64,000 nucleotides of DNA from Candidatus Thorarchaeota archaeon (GTDB lineage Archaea; Asgardarchaeota; Thorarchaeia; Thorarchaeales; Thorarchaeaceae). Below are positions 37,285 to 47,766 of this stretch, piece after piece. The translations under genes and the position numbers were made by a program. The stretch spans positions 1-64,000 of the forward strand of contig SDNP01000016.1 of assembly GCA_004524445.1 (NCBI GenBank). Direction: 5' to 3'. The first letter of the stretch is position 1. Each line of letters starts with the position of its first letter. The notes beneath the pieces are model-generated. The model saw only the letters and a list, made by a program, of their open reading frames with translations. It ran no database searches and was not told the DNA's origin.

Positions 37285-40098
37285 ATGTACTTGAGGGAAC
37301 GACTATCTGCCGATATGTCCAGGACTTTGGCGACACTGTTGATTTTCTCTTTATCATCAGGCGTCTTGGGTGGGATTCTCTTTTATATTGATAGTACAGG
37401 CCCCTACGTGCTTTCTGAGATGAGTCAGAATGACCCTGTGCATATGAAAATGGAATTCACTGATTATTTCTATGAGCAGTCTCAAGTGGGAACCCAAGAG
37501 ATTTTGAGCGCAGTACAGACACAGGAAGGAGTACAGCATGCAGAACATCTTCTCTTAATCGATGGGAATCATGAACGTCTGTACAGAAACGAAGAATTTC
37601 AGCGGTATGTATACATGGGTGTGCAAAATACCTACTTCGATTCATTCCGGGAGTCCATCATTCTCTCAGAGGGGGCAATGCCTCTGAATGTAAATGGCTG
37701 CTATTTGGAGAAGAGCATATTTGCACAGACAGGGGCGAGTATCGGCGACTCCCACAAGGTAACCATTGTTGCAAGGCAAGGAGGCTTTCTTGATGTAGAG
37801 TTCGAGAGTAGAACATTTGAAATCATGGGCACATTCGAATCGAGAGGGTTATGGGGTCAATACGAGCTAAATTCAGGAGAGAAATTGCCCATTCTTAAAG
37901 CGATTTTGAGCTTCCAAGGGATGAAAGAGAAATTCAGTTTCTTGGAAGAGGGATACAGGGTAAAACTGACAGATCATATTTGGACTCGTTTTTCAGGCTC
38001 GTTCTTGCGCCATTCAGAGCCAACCCAAGCTGAACTGACTCTACGAAGTGCAAGATATCAGATTGAGCAAAGAACTGCTCCTTGGGCGATTGTCAGTGAG
38101 TTCGCTGCACTGGGAATTGTCAGGTCCTATTCGTCCTGGCAGTCAAGCATGATGGCCATTGCGATTTCTTTCTCGATTCCCACTATCTTCATGGGGATTC
38201 TACTGGTTTACTACTCCACAAAGCTGCTATCTGATAGACTGAGGCGTGATGTTGGCATGCTCAGAGTTAGAGGAGCAAGTATGCGCCAAGCATTATGGTG
38301 GGTCATTAGTTCGACAATTGTAACAGGATTTCTTGGAGCAATTGGAGCGTTGGTAACGGGTATAGCTGCATCCCTGCTTTCGGGTAGTGTCAGGGGATTC
38401 TTTATTTTCGATATTAGTGGAGGTACAGGATTTCAACTGCTTCTGCGGCTGGATTCATTAGCTGCAGTGTTTCTCTTCTCATTTGCATTAGGATTCATAG
38501 TTTCTACAGCATCAACTATTAGGGTTCTTCTTATGCAGCCCTCTAAGGCTCACAGAGAGATCGAACAGGAAACCTCGCTGGAAGAAGATATCTCTAATCC
38601 AATTCCAGAGGTCATAGTTGCCGGCATCTCCGGAGTTCTCTCTTTGCAGTTGCTATTGCTCATTGGACAAGGGACTTTTTCAGGATGGTATACACCAGCT
38701 TTGCTCGTAGTCTTCTTTGGTGCGTTTATAGTATCCTTGACTAGACTGCTATCCAGAGCAACGGGCTGGTTGAAGTGTAAGATAATGGATAGAGTGAATC
38801 ATCCTCTTCTAAGAGTTGGGTCGAAGATTGTTGGTAGAAATGCAGCCGCCAAGATTAGGAGTGAGGCCATCGGGGTCATGTTCATAGCGATGGTGTTTAC
38901 TGCATGTACGTTCTCGGCCATTGCATCGACCACCGGAACTAAACAAATCCAGCAGCTGAAAGCATTTGAAATAGGCGGAGATATTGTTGCAGAAGCTAGA
39001 CCTAGGTTGAGCAATGTAACGGTTGACTTCACCAATGTTTTAGAAGATATCGAGGGTGTTGGACGAGTAAGTGCAATGCTGGCATTTGATGCCCGCGTAA
39101 TTTATCGCACGGTTGGGCCTTATGCTACGATAAATCATGATCGCGTGATTACAGTCTGTGGCGTGCAGCCTGAAGCATGGGCATCTACTGCATTCTTTGA
39201 GCCGTACTTCACGAAGACGATGACTCCTGATGCGGCTCTTGCAGCTATTGAAGAAAATCAGACCAAAGTAATATCCTCATTCAAACCGGTTTTCGGATAC
39301 AACGTGGCAGCGGACAACAGCTATAGCCCCCTCTATGGTTCAACTCTTGGATTACGATTTCCGCTCTATGAATCCATCCTCAATGTATCAATCGTTGATA
39401 TTATGTCGGTCAGCGAGGACCCTGACAGTACAACCTACTTCCCCGGTGAGCCGGACAAGGTAGATTTCATCATCATGCACTTGGATTTGCTTCATCAAAT
39501 GGTTAACTCCACAAAAGTCAGCAAATTCTATATGAAATTGGGCCAGGGTGTTAATTATACCCGAGTGATGGACGATGTACTAGAATCTGCCCCACACAGT
39601 TTCACGAGTATACGCTCAGCGCTGGAGGCGACTGATGAAATTCTTCAGAGTAGAGCAAGTCGTTCCATACATGGGATATATACACTGAATGTGCTGTTTT
39701 CAATCATCTATCTTAGCATAGGGGTTTCAATCATTGCTTCAGACAAAAATAATCTCTACAAGAAACAATTCTCCGTCTTACGCGCGCTCGGATCCGAACA
39801 AAGAGTGATTCAAGGGCTAATGACTATTGATATGTTAATGAGTATAGCAATAGCCGCGGCAATTGGAATCGGCGTGGGACTTCTCATAAGTACAATGATT
39901 GCAGGCACCCCCTTGATGTATTTGGGAATTACGATTACTATCTCATGGACACGGTTGCCCGTTAGTATATCATTGCCCACTCTACTATTTGCCCTTATCA
40001 TTCTACTAAGCTTTATTGTACCCTTGGTCAGTACGTATATCGTAACTACCAGAAGTACGAAAAAGGGAATTGCGGAGGAACTCCAAGCAGCTGTATAG
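37285..40098 (+). CDS. FtsX/MacB-like ABC permease (paralog)
   Basis: RRDVGMLRVRGAS, FSVLRALG, IGGDI; abuts the previous gene. Confidence 0.85.
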   Translation: MYLRERLSADMSRTLATLLIFSLSSGVLGGILFYIDSTGPYVLSEMSQNDPVHMKMEFTDYFYEQSQVGTQEILSAVQTQEGVQHAEHLLLIDGNHERLYRNEEFQRYVYMGVQNTYFDSFRESIILSEGAMPLNVNGCYLEKSIFAQTGASIGDSHKVTIVARQGGFLDVEFESRTFEIMGTFESRGLWGQYELNSGEKLPILKAILSFQGMKEKFSFLEEGYRVKLTDHIWTRFSGSFLRHSEPTQAELTLRSARYQIEQRTAPWAIVSEFAALGIVRSYSSWQSSMMAIAISFSIPTIFMGILLVYYSTKLLSDRLRRDVGMLRVRGASMRQALWWVISSTIVTGFLGAIGALVTGIAASLLSGSVRGFFIFDISGGTGFQLLLRLDSLAAVFLFSFALGFIVSTASTIRVLLMQPSKAHREIEQETSLEEDISNPIPEVIVAGISGVLSLQLLLLIGQGTFSGWYTPALLVVFFGAFIVSLTRLLSRATGWLKCKIMDRVNHPLLRVGSKIVGRNAAAKIRSEAIGVMFIAMVFTACTFSAIASTTGTKQIQQLKAFEIGGDIVAEARPRLSNVTVDFTNVLEDIEGVGRVSAMLAFDARVIYRTVGPYATINHDRVITVCGVQPEAWASTAFFEPYFTKTMTPDAALAAIEENQTKVISSFKPVFGYNVAADNSYSPLYGSTLGLRFPLYESILNVSIVDIMSVSEDPDSTTYFPGEPDKVDFIIMHLDLLHQMVNSTKVSKFYMKLGQGVNYTRVMDDVLESAPHSFTSIRSALEATDEILQSRASRSIHGIYTLNVLFSIIYLSIGVSIIASDKNNLYKKQFSVLRALGSEQRVIQGLMTIDMLMSIAIAAAIGIGVGLLISTMIAGTPLMYLGITITISWTRLPVSISLPTLLFALIILLSFIVPLVSTYIVTTRSTKKGIAEELQAAV

Positions 40099-40252
40099 AT
40101 TGGAATTCTCTATCAAGTCAAATGCTATCAACATAAATTCAATACGTCGGCCGCTTCATCTCGAAAATCGCTGTTCACTCATTTAACTCCAAAAACGTCA
40201 CACCATGAAGAGTTAAAGGCATCTTAGTCAATTCGCTAGAACTGTGGATAAA

Positions 40253-40804
40253 TTGACAGGTCAGATCCCAGACTTCGTTCTTTATCATGGCGAAGAATAT
40301 GATTTGGTTGGTATTGATGGCAGGGGACTTCTGAGCCCACATGATTTTGGTCTGGCACCAAAATCACCACATACAGCGTGTTGGAGAGGTTTTGTAATGT
40401 ACTACGAGTGCAAAGAAAATCGTCTGACTCTCCAAGGCATGGATGTGCATTCGGACGCTGCACCCATGATAAATGGTGCAAAACCGGAGGAGAGGGGAGA
40501 GTCTTCGTTCAGGTACCATTACGAAGGGATAGATGTAGAAGTACCCTTCACGGGCACATTAATCCTAGCACGAGATTTCATTGATGAAATGTATGTTCAT
40601 ATGGGTTTTCAGCGCCCACATGCATTCAAAACCGTCATAGAACTCACAGTTGAGAATGGGCACATTCTTCAATCAAGAGAGTTGTCAAGTCAAATGGAAG
40701 AACAGCGAAAACAAAATCCACATAAAGATGCAGTGCCGGGTTCGTCTAGAGAGGAGGACGTGATGCAATGGATAAAAGATCGGTTTTCAAGGGAGGGCAA
40801 ATGA
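40253..40804 (+). CDS. Hypothetical protein
   Basis: TGQIPD...HTACWRGF...YVHMGFQ; family-like motifs, function unknown. Confidence 0.75.
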   Translation: MTGQIPDFVLYHGEEYDLVGIDGRGLLSPHDFGLAPKSPHTACWRGFVMYYECKENRLTLQGMDVHSDAAPMINGAKPEERGESSFRYHYEGIDVEVPFTGTLILARDFIDEMYVHMGFQRPHAFKTVIELTVENGHILQSRELSSQMEEQRKQNPHKDAVPGSSREEDVMQWIKDRFSREGK

Positions 40805-40848
40805 CCGAGGAACCGCGCAAATAACAATAAAGGGGTTGAAAGAGCAAA

Positions 40849-41058
40849 TTGAAGATCAACGAAATTGAGTCATTATTGAAAGAAACCAGAAGGGCCTTTA
40901 CAAGAGGGAACTTTGAGGTAGCGGAATATAATCTTCAGAAATGCATCGAGGTTGATCCACAGGTTTCAAAAGACTACATGCGTGAGCTTCTCGAAACAGA
41001 AGAGAACCAAGATGTTAAGGACCATGTCTTGAAACTCTACTTTCTAAATTTCATTTGA
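40849..41058 (+). CDS. Small TPR-like protein
   Basis: GNFEVAEYNLQKCIEVDP resembles a single TPR. Confidence 0.55.
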   Translation: MKINEIESLLKETRRAFTRGNFEVAEYNLQKCIEVDPQVSKDYMRELLETEENQDVKDHVLKLYFLNFI

Positions 41059-41138
41059 AGTCAGACATGACAAAGGCGGATTTTTTAGTCACAAAAAAGA
41101 GGGATGTCGAGGGCCGTGATAGACCCTCTATTGGGTTC

Positions 41139-41345
41139 TTACTCCTCGTATCGGAAGGCTACCTTTACATTAGCTCGGTATTGCACTATCTTGCCATCTT
41201 CAACATCACAGGTCCAATCAAGGACATCAAGCCCGTGGATGTTCCTGATTGTTTCCGAAGCCGTGTCTAATGCATTATGAACTGCATCTTCAAAGCTTTC
41301 TTCTGAGGACCCAACGAGTTCAATGATTTTTGCTACAGTCAACAT
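41139..41345 (-). CDS. Dodecin (flavin-binding)
   Basis: KIIELVGSSEESFEDAV.NAL..AS.T.RNI...V, Y...VKVAF. Confidence 0.93.
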   Translation of the reverse strand: MLTVAKIIELVGSSEESFEDAVHNALDTASETIRNIHGLDVLDWTCDVEDGKIVQYRANVKVAFRYEE

Positions 41346-41438
41346 ATATCCTCTCAGTAAACTATATTGAAGTCCCTTTCATAAAGCTGTGGATGCTTAC
41401 ATTCTAGGCTAGAAAGCAGTATTCAGGGCGCAATCATA

Positions 41439-41663
41439 TTAGATTGGCTTGAGTTTCCAAACTCTCCAGCTCTCGTAGAGGATGACGAATAGAGCAAAAG
41501 AACAAACACCTACGAACATCAAGTCAGAATCCCTGAGTGGCAGACTCACAAGCAAGAATCCATATTAGAGGAGAGCGGCTACAAATAGGGTGGCAGGGAA
41601 AGCAAACCGTGGTAACAATACTTTTCTAATTCTCACAAATAGAGACAGAGAGCCAACCTTCAT
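41439..41663 (-). pseudogene. Small two-TM protein interrupted by TAA at 41565-67
   Basis: MKVGSL...VAALL*YGFLLV...WKLKPI stays hydrophobic and in frame across the stop. Confidence 0.4.
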
Positions 41664-41754
41664 AGCTTCAGTGGCATAATATTCTCCATGCTGATTTTTG
41701 CCAGCGAGCTCCAAATCAAAGAGTTTTGTCGGATGATGCAGTGCAAGACTCGGA

Positions 41755-42483
41755 CTAGAGAAGTGAAGGATATCCCACATTTTCTGTGATGATATTGTAG
41801 AAGGACTCCAAGGGGCCTATAAGTAGACCATCTGAATTCAGCCAAAAGCCCGTTTCAGCATAACCTGTTATCTCGGGATGTCCGTACTCGGTAAGGCTTC
41901 CCGTCCACGTTCCGTTTTGTACATACACCATCTGATCAGATGAAGTATATCCAAGATAGAAGAAGGTATCATCATCAAAGAAGATACTGACATAGAAGTC
42001 GATGGGCCAGGTTGATGGAAAATTATCTGGATATTCCTCGGCATCAGACATTTGAGCTATTGCATTGTCTACTAGAGCCCCACTCATGATGTTCCATTGA
42101 TGCAATGGGATTTCACCTGTGCCAACAAGGTTGGCCGTACATGGCGTAAAGAGGACCTCGATTAGACCGTGTTCAGAGGCTTTTGTCATTCTCACTGCAT
42201 CGACAAACGCAGTCGGCTCATTTCGCTGATAATAGTTGGTTAGATTTTCATTCACAAAGGTTGAGTTGCTCATCCAATAGAACTCGACATCATCGCGCCG
42301 AGTATTAAGATACTCAGCAGCTCGTATGCCAAAACTGCCACCTGTTGCATTGGTGGGAGTTGTTACTCCGTCAGGCAAGAAGAAGGTGACAGCAAGGAAA
42401 CTACCCACTATGATTAGAGCAAACGCAACCGCTGCGACTATGCTGGTTCGCAGATTTGTTTCATAGTTTCTCAACAGATTCAC
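41755..42483 (-). CDS. N-terminally anchored extracellular hypothetical protein
   Basis: One TM segment then a domain rich in N-x-S/T sequons. Confidence 0.75.
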   Translation of the reverse strand: MNLLRNYETNLRTSIVAAVAFALIIVGSFLAVTFFLPDGVTTPTNATGGSFGIRAAEYLNTRRDDVEFYWMSNSTFVNENLTNYYQRNEPTAFVDAVRMTKASEHGLIEVLFTPCTANLVGTGEIPLHQWNIMSGALVDNAIAQMSDAEEYPDNFPSTWPIDFYVSIFFDDDTFFYLGYTSSDQMVYVQNGTWTGSLTEYGHPEITGYAETGFWLNSDGLLIGPLESFYNIITENVGYPSLL

Positions 42484-42585
42484 CGACTTTTACATTAGCA
42501 ACTATTGATATTACTCTACGTTTTGAACAGAGTCTTCAAATCATTGTACATTAATCTCATGAACAAAGAGCGAGAGTTCATCCCA

Positions 42586-43221
42586 TCATTCAGTGTGCGC
42601 CTCATTCCAAATCTCTGCTTCTTCCTCCACAACATCAGGGGGTAAGAGGTGAGGCTCTCCAGCACCTAGAGCAATGGAGTATACTTGACATGCCCTCTCT
42701 AGAAGTACTGCATTACTGAAAGCTTCTTTGAGGGTCTTACCAATGCAAAGCGCACCATGGCTCGCCAGTAATACTGCGCTTCGCCCTTCCAGAGCCTTGA
42801 CCACATTCTTTGCCAAATAGGTTGTCCCAGCCATTGCATACTCACTAACTCTAATCTCCCCACCAAGGTACGGAGCAATTTCATCAGAGATTACAGGAAG
42901 CGGTTTTCGAATGGTTGCCAAGGCTGTCGCGTATACGCTATGTGAATGCACTATCGCCTTGGCATCGTCTCTATTCTTGTAGATCTCAAGGTGAGTAGCT
43001 GTTTCAGTACTTGGAGGGAGATGTCCGTCGACAACTTCCCCCTCTAAGTCGATGACTATGATATCTTCTTGCTCCATCTCAGAGTATGGAACAGAACTGG
43101 GAGTGACGACAACATGGTCCCCTTTTCTTACACTCACATTACCAGAGGAGCCTATCACCATGCCGCGCTCGAGCATTGTCTTTGATACGTTCAGGACCTC
43201 ACCCTTGAGATTCTCATGCAT
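42586..43221 (-). CDS. Class II aldolase (FucA-like)
   Basis: GNVSVR, VTPS, PSTE...H..IY, IVHSHS, LLASHG. Confidence 0.93.
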   Translation of the reverse strand: MHENLKGEVLNVSKTMLERGMVIGSSGNVSVRKGDHVVVTPSSVPYSEMEQEDIIVIDLEGEVVDGHLPPSTETATHLEIYKNRDDAKAIVHSHSVYATALATIRKPLPVISDEIAPYLGGEIRVSEYAMAGTTYLAKNVVKALEGRSAVLLASHGALCIGKTLKEAFSNAVLLERACQVYSIALGAGEPHLLPPDVVEEEAEIWNEAHTE

Positions 43222-43429
43222 TCCAGTCACCGGTCTTCAGTAAATTAGAGAGTCCTGTTATAAAATGGATGCATCGGTAGAGGCATGTCTTGAGTTGACT
43301 TCTCTGAACCATGATTCTTGCGCTTATGGTTTGACCTTAAGTCCTTGAGTGATAGAGGTTTCTGAGTCTTGAAAGACAGGCATGTTTCATATGGGCACCA
43401 TTTATCAATACTGTAGCCAAGAAAAGCAA

Positions 43430-43849
43430 ATGCGCAGAGTCTTGTTTCTTTGCACGGGAAATTCTGCACGAAGTCAGATGGCGGAAGCAATCCTGAGGAA
43501 ATTGGGCGGAGAGAATTTTGAAGTCCGTAGCGCGGGAACCGATATAGCATCTGAAGTGAACCCTTATGCAATTGAAGCTCTTCGAGAAATCGACGCCCCT
43601 GTTGGTGGGTTGCATCCTAAGAAGGTAAACAGGTTCACGAACCAAGAATTTGATTTGGTGGTCACAGTCTGCGATAATGCAAAACAACAATGCCCTCACT
43701 TCCCAGGAGCAAAACAGATGTTACACTGGTCGCTTGAGGATCCAGCAGCATACCAAGGATCCCATTTCGAAATACTGACAAAATTTCGAGAAACTCGGGA
43801 CGAGATAGAATCAAGAATACGAGAGATAATACTGAAAAGAGAAGCCTGA
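43430..43849 (+). CDS. arsC: Thioredoxin-coupled arsenate reductase
   Basis: VLFLCTGNSARSQMAE, VTVCD.A...CP, HW.LEDP. Confidence 0.93.
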   Translation: MRRVLFLCTGNSARSQMAEAILRKLGGENFEVRSAGTDIASEVNPYAIEALREIDAPVGGLHPKKVNRFTNQEFDLVVTVCDNAKQQCPHFPGAKQMLHWSLEDPAAYQGSHFEILTKFRETRDEIESRIREIILKREA

Positions 43850-43858
43850 TTTTGTGGT

Positions 43859-45865
43859 TCAGTCTTCCACCCAATCAAATTTTCTTTCCAGAGCTTTGGA
43901 ATATACCTTTCTCCAGTCATAATCCACCTTCTTGCACCATTTGTAGACTATTTTTGGGTGAATATATGACTTCAAAGACGTATTCAGATTCCAGACACGA
44001 CTAGCCTTTGTCAATGCCCAATCGACTTCTATCTTCTGCTTTGCCAATTCAGCTTTTTTCACTCGTTCTTTCGCATTCTGGACGATCTCTTTCCTTCGTT
44101 GTATCCGTTCATCAGCAGTCTGCTTTGTTTCTTCCAGGGATTTCTTCCGTTTCTCGAGAATTGCCTTGCTTTTCTCATATCGCTCATAAGCATCCGTAAC
44201 GCGTTGTTTTGCCTTTTCCCACCATTCTCTTGTCCGGTCGATCTTTTCTTGAGCCTCTTCTAGGCGTTCCTTCTTGGTGCGTTTTGATTTCCGTGTACTC
44301 TCACGTATTTTTCGTTTCTCTTCTCTAGCCCGGTCCCAAGTCTCCTTGGCACTATCCCGTTTTTCGCGGTACTCTTTTACTTTCTCCCAGCGCCGCTCAA
44401 CTACGCCCTTCTGCTTTTCAATCAGCTTCTTCTTCTTCCTAATTCGCCCTCTCTCGGTCTTTCTACGTTTCTTCAATCGCTTCTCTTTATCCTCTACCCC
44501 CTTCATGGCCTTCTGGATGCGTTTTTCAGCCTTCTTAACCCGTTCCTTGAAGCGCTTGTCCCTTTTCGGCCATCCTTTCGGTTCTTGTTTTGTATGGTTC
44601 ATAATTCGGGCAACCTCGAGGTTGGCTCGTTCCACTGCCTCCTTCTTTATAAAATCTGGATCTTTCTTCTTTACCTTTGCATCCTTTATCTGATCTCTAA
44701 ATGTGACAGTAGCGTGGTATGTCCTAAACATCTTCGCACTCAGATTTTCCATAACTTCGCTAAGGAAGCGATTGACATGACTACTGCCAATGTTTGGGAA
44801 AATCTGTGCTAGTTTTTTTGGATCTGCCTTACTCTTCTTTCCCTTACGAGTCTTGTATGACTCTATCCTGTCGACAGCATTGTCATAGAGCTCCTTGAAC
44901 ACGTCATAGACGTCAGTGTCTAGCTTCAATTCCTTATGCCAAGGAACACTATCCTTCCCTAAGAAGTCAAATACAATCGAGTCTTTCTTGAATGTCACGT
45001 GTTCAGCACGAAGGGTTGTAGCACCCACGGTATCTGCCTCATCGGCATCTTTCTCATCGCCAACCCGTAGACTCAGATTATCGATTAGATAACAGGCGGC
45101 AGCAACCTCTCTGCGTTTAGGGTCTTCCGAGTGTAGACCTTTGAGGATGTGTTCTCGTACTTGATCGATTCTCTTTTCCAGCGCAAGTGCTTCGTCAAAC
45201 TTGGCTTCCTCACGCTCTTGTTTGATGGGAGTGCTATCATGTAGCCAGATGTATTTGTTTTTGCCAGTCAGTTCATCTGTCCATTTGGCAATCCAGAGAC
45301 AGTCAGGCTTCCATACAATCTCACCCCAATCACCCTCTGGAATAGGTGCTTCGGGATCAAGGTTGAGTGTGATGTCAGCTTCCGTTGCGCCCTCCTTCCA
45401 ACGTCCCCTCAAAGGATGCTCTCCACGTCCCATAAATATGCTCGACGGTTCAGTCTGATAGGTACTCAGCTCCATCTTTTCGCCATCAACTTCTGCATAC
45501 CCATACTTCTTCTTCAACTCCTCACGTATGGTTTTTCTGGCCTCCCGAGCCGCTTTTTTCTCTTCTTTGGTCAAGTTGTCTTTTCTTTCGCGCTCCGATT
45601 CAACGTACTCGACGACAGGAGAAAAATCAATATCGTCAGCACTCAGAGTTGGATTGTGTCCGAGTGCCTGACTAAAGTCGCTCATGAAATTTTCAATAAA
45701 TGTGGGGTCTTCGACGTACTTCGTTCCAAGCTTCTTCACCCATGCGACTGCCATCTCTCTCTGGTTCTTGTCTAGCGGCACCTCCTCTCCTCTGATGTAG
45801 ACAGATAGTTTTGGCTCATCATCAGGTCGCAATACAAGGATGCCATTGTGTCGAAGTGTTTCCAT
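43859..45865 (-). CDS. Eukaryote-type DNA topoisomerase IB
   Basis: TLRHNG, F.GRGEHP.RG, LRVGDEK, FDFLGKDS, AKMFRTY, NH, long coiled-coil linker, catalytic Tyr at 43964-66. Confidence 0.96.
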   Translation of the reverse strand: METLRHNGILVLRPDDEPKLSVYIRGEEVPLDKNQREMAVAWVKKLGTKYVEDPTFIENFMSDFSQALGHNPTLSADDIDFSPVVEYVESERERKDNLTKEEKKAAREARKTIREELKKKYGYAEVDGEKMELSTYQTEPSSIFMGRGEHPLRGRWKEGATEADITLNLDPEAPIPEGDWGEIVWKPDCLWIAKWTDELTGKNKYIWLHDSTPIKQEREEAKFDEALALEKRIDQVREHILKGLHSEDPKRREVAAACYLIDNLSLRVGDEKDADEADTVGATTLRAEHVTFKKDSIVFDFLGKDSVPWHKELKLDTDVYDVFKELYDNAVDRIESYKTRKGKKSKADPKKLAQIFPNIGSSHVNRFLSEVMENLSAKMFRTYHATVTFRDQIKDAKVKKKDPDFIKKEAVERANLEVARIMNHTKQEPKGWPKRDKRFKERVKKAEKRIQKAMKGVEDKEKRLKKRRKTERGRIRKKKKLIEKQKGVVERRWEKVKEYREKRDSAKETWDRAREEKRKIRESTRKSKRTKKERLEEAQEKIDRTREWWEKAKQRVTDAYERYEKSKAILEKRKKSLEETKQTADERIQRRKEIVQNAKERVKKAELAKQKIEVDWALTKASRVWNLNTSLKSYIHPKIVYKWCKKVDYDWRKVYSKALERKFDWVED

Positions 45866-46124
45866 TGAGACGCCTCATCTATGGTCGAATTTCTATATGG
45901 AGAATTTATTCTCGTGCTCCCGAGTCCTGCGTCAGGAGAATATCAAAAAAAGGCTTGTGATAATGAACCGGCCGATTATGATACAGAAACACAATTTCAC
46001 TGATATTTCAATAATTCTGGTATCCTGGTGAACCTATAGTGGGAACGATAAAGGGAGCTACTTCGGAATCCGAAAGCTAGTTATCAAAGTTTCACGTTCA
46101 TTAAAGCATAAAATGGGTGAATCT

Positions 46125-46544
46125 ATGTCAGAAGTCATTCACGGAGAGATTCGAGTCAAGACCAACCGGGCGATAGAAGTAACAGATATCACTTCTAGCA
46201 TTCAGGACTGGGTGTCTCAAAAGGGATGCCAGGAAGGAATTATACTAGCATTCAGCGTGCATACGACTGCAGGTATGGTAATCAACGAGGCGGAAAGCGG
46301 TCTCATGCAAGATATTGAGTCACAACTCAAGGAAATTGTTCCCCCAGGAGCAGGATATAAGCACGATAGGATTGACAGCAATGCTCACTCGCATATCATG
46401 ACCAGTCTAGTGAGTCCATCTGAAACCATTCCGATAAGTTCTGGAAGCCTCTCAATGGGCACGTGGCAAAGAGTTCTATTTGTTGAGGGAGATGGTCCTC
46501 GGTCGCGCCGTGTTTCTATGACCTTTATTGGAAAAACGGGATGA
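46125..46544 (+). CDS. yjbQ: YjbQ/UPF0047 family protein
   Basis: HTTAG..INE.E, Y.HD..D.NAHSH, GTWQ...F.E.DG. Confidence 0.93.
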   Translation: MSEVIHGEIRVKTNRAIEVTDITSSIQDWVSQKGCQEGIILAFSVHTTAGMVINEAESGLMQDIESQLKEIVPPGAGYKHDRIDSNAHSHIMTSLVSPSETIPISSGSLSMGTWQRVLFVEGDGPRSRRVSMTFIGKTG

Positions 46545-46635
46545 ATTCACCGGAATAACAGAAGCTTCTAGCTATTAGGCGGATCTTCGTTGCGCGAGGG
46601 AAATGATGATTTAGGCTACCACGAGTATTTCAACT

Positions 46636-47169
46636 ATGCACTCAGATAAGGAACGTATTAGTCGATATCTGGCATATTTGCTGAGACATGCGCCCAAAGA
46701 AGGGAAAATAGAGATTGACAAAGATGGCGGCTGGATTAGGACTGAGAGCATATTAGATAGACTGAAGATTTCTCTGCCAGAATTGATAGAAATAGTCGAA
46801 GAGGATGAGAAGGGGAGATACTCGTTCGAAGATGAAACAAATTTACGGATTCGAGCCAATCAAGGGCATTCGGTGGACGTGAATATGGACTTCGAAAGGA
46901 TTACTCCACCAGACACCCTCTATCATGGAACCGCACAAAGGAATATGACTTCCATTATGAAAAATGGCTTGGAGAGTAAAGGACGCCATCATGTGCACCT
47001 CTCAAAAGATGTTGAGAGCTCCAGATCGGTGGGAAGAAGACACGGCAAGCCCATTGTACTTGAAATTGATGCAAAAGGCATGCAGGAAGATGGATATGAT
47101 TTCTTTCTCTCAGATAATGAGGTATTTCTAACGAAACATGTCCCTCCAGAGTACTTGACAAGAGAATGA
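46636..47169 (+). CDS. kptA: RNA 2'-phosphotransferase KptA/Tpt1
   Basis: LLRH, KGRY, IRANQGHS, LYHGT, RHHVHLS, GRRHG. Confidence 0.95.
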   Translation: MHSDKERISRYLAYLLRHAPKEGKIEIDKDGGWIRTESILDRLKISLPELIEIVEEDEKGRYSFEDETNLRIRANQGHSVDVNMDFERITPPDTLYHGTAQRNMTSIMKNGLESKGRHHVHLSKDVESSRSVGRRHGKPIVLEIDAKGMQEDGYDFFLSDNEVFLTKHVPPEYLTRE

Positions 47170-47254
47170 TATTCCGGCCGAGTCTTGATTGTAAGCTCTC
47201 CTTTTTGGAAAACTCAAGTTCCATACTTCTGAGCCAATCCTTAAATCACCAGAG

Positions 47255-47590
47255 ATGAAAATTACAGACGAGGTGAAATCACAATTGCAGGATGTGATGA
47301 TGACAATATCAATGCCAAGCGTTTTGGCGCTTGGATATCTCATAGCCCTAATTTTCTTTATTTTAGGTTTCAGAGAGGACCAAGATTTTGTTAAGAAAAG
47401 CAGAATGTATGGATATGCCTCCGTTACATTTGGGCTTATGCTGATTATCACCATCGTTTCATGGTTCGGTTCTTTGGCGGCGTTTTCTGGACAGGTACCA
47501 ATGTATCTTAGTGATATCATACTATTATCAGGTATCTCGTTCATTGCAGGAATGTCCATGCTCTATGGAATACAGAGAGCGACAATATAG
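47255..47590 (+). CDS. Small three-TM membrane protein
   Basis: Three hydrophobic segments. Confidence 0.7.
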   Translation: MKITDEVKSQLQDVMMTISMPSVLALGYLIALIFFILGFREDQDFVKKSRMYGYASVTFGLMLIITIVSWFGSLAAFSGQVPMYLSDIILLSGISFIAGMSMLYGIQRATI

Positions 47591-47766
47591 TCAAAGTTGT
47601 GTATAGAATCTGGAGGGATCTCCTCATTTGGGGTTATTCTAAGAGAGCAACACTCTTTTCTGACGGTAAGAGGGCACGTAATGGAGCATTCGACAGTTAT
47701 AAAACACCATTCCGGATATTTCATTAATCCCTAGACCCATAAGCCAGTAATAGAGGCCAGATAATC

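Noticed and set aside
44274-44693. Hydrophobic plus-strand ORF
   Set aside because: Antisense shadow of the K/R/E-rich TopoIB linker
46603-46646. Box C/D guide RNA upstream of kptA
   Set aside because: ATGATGA is present but there is no convincing CTGA box D or terminal stem
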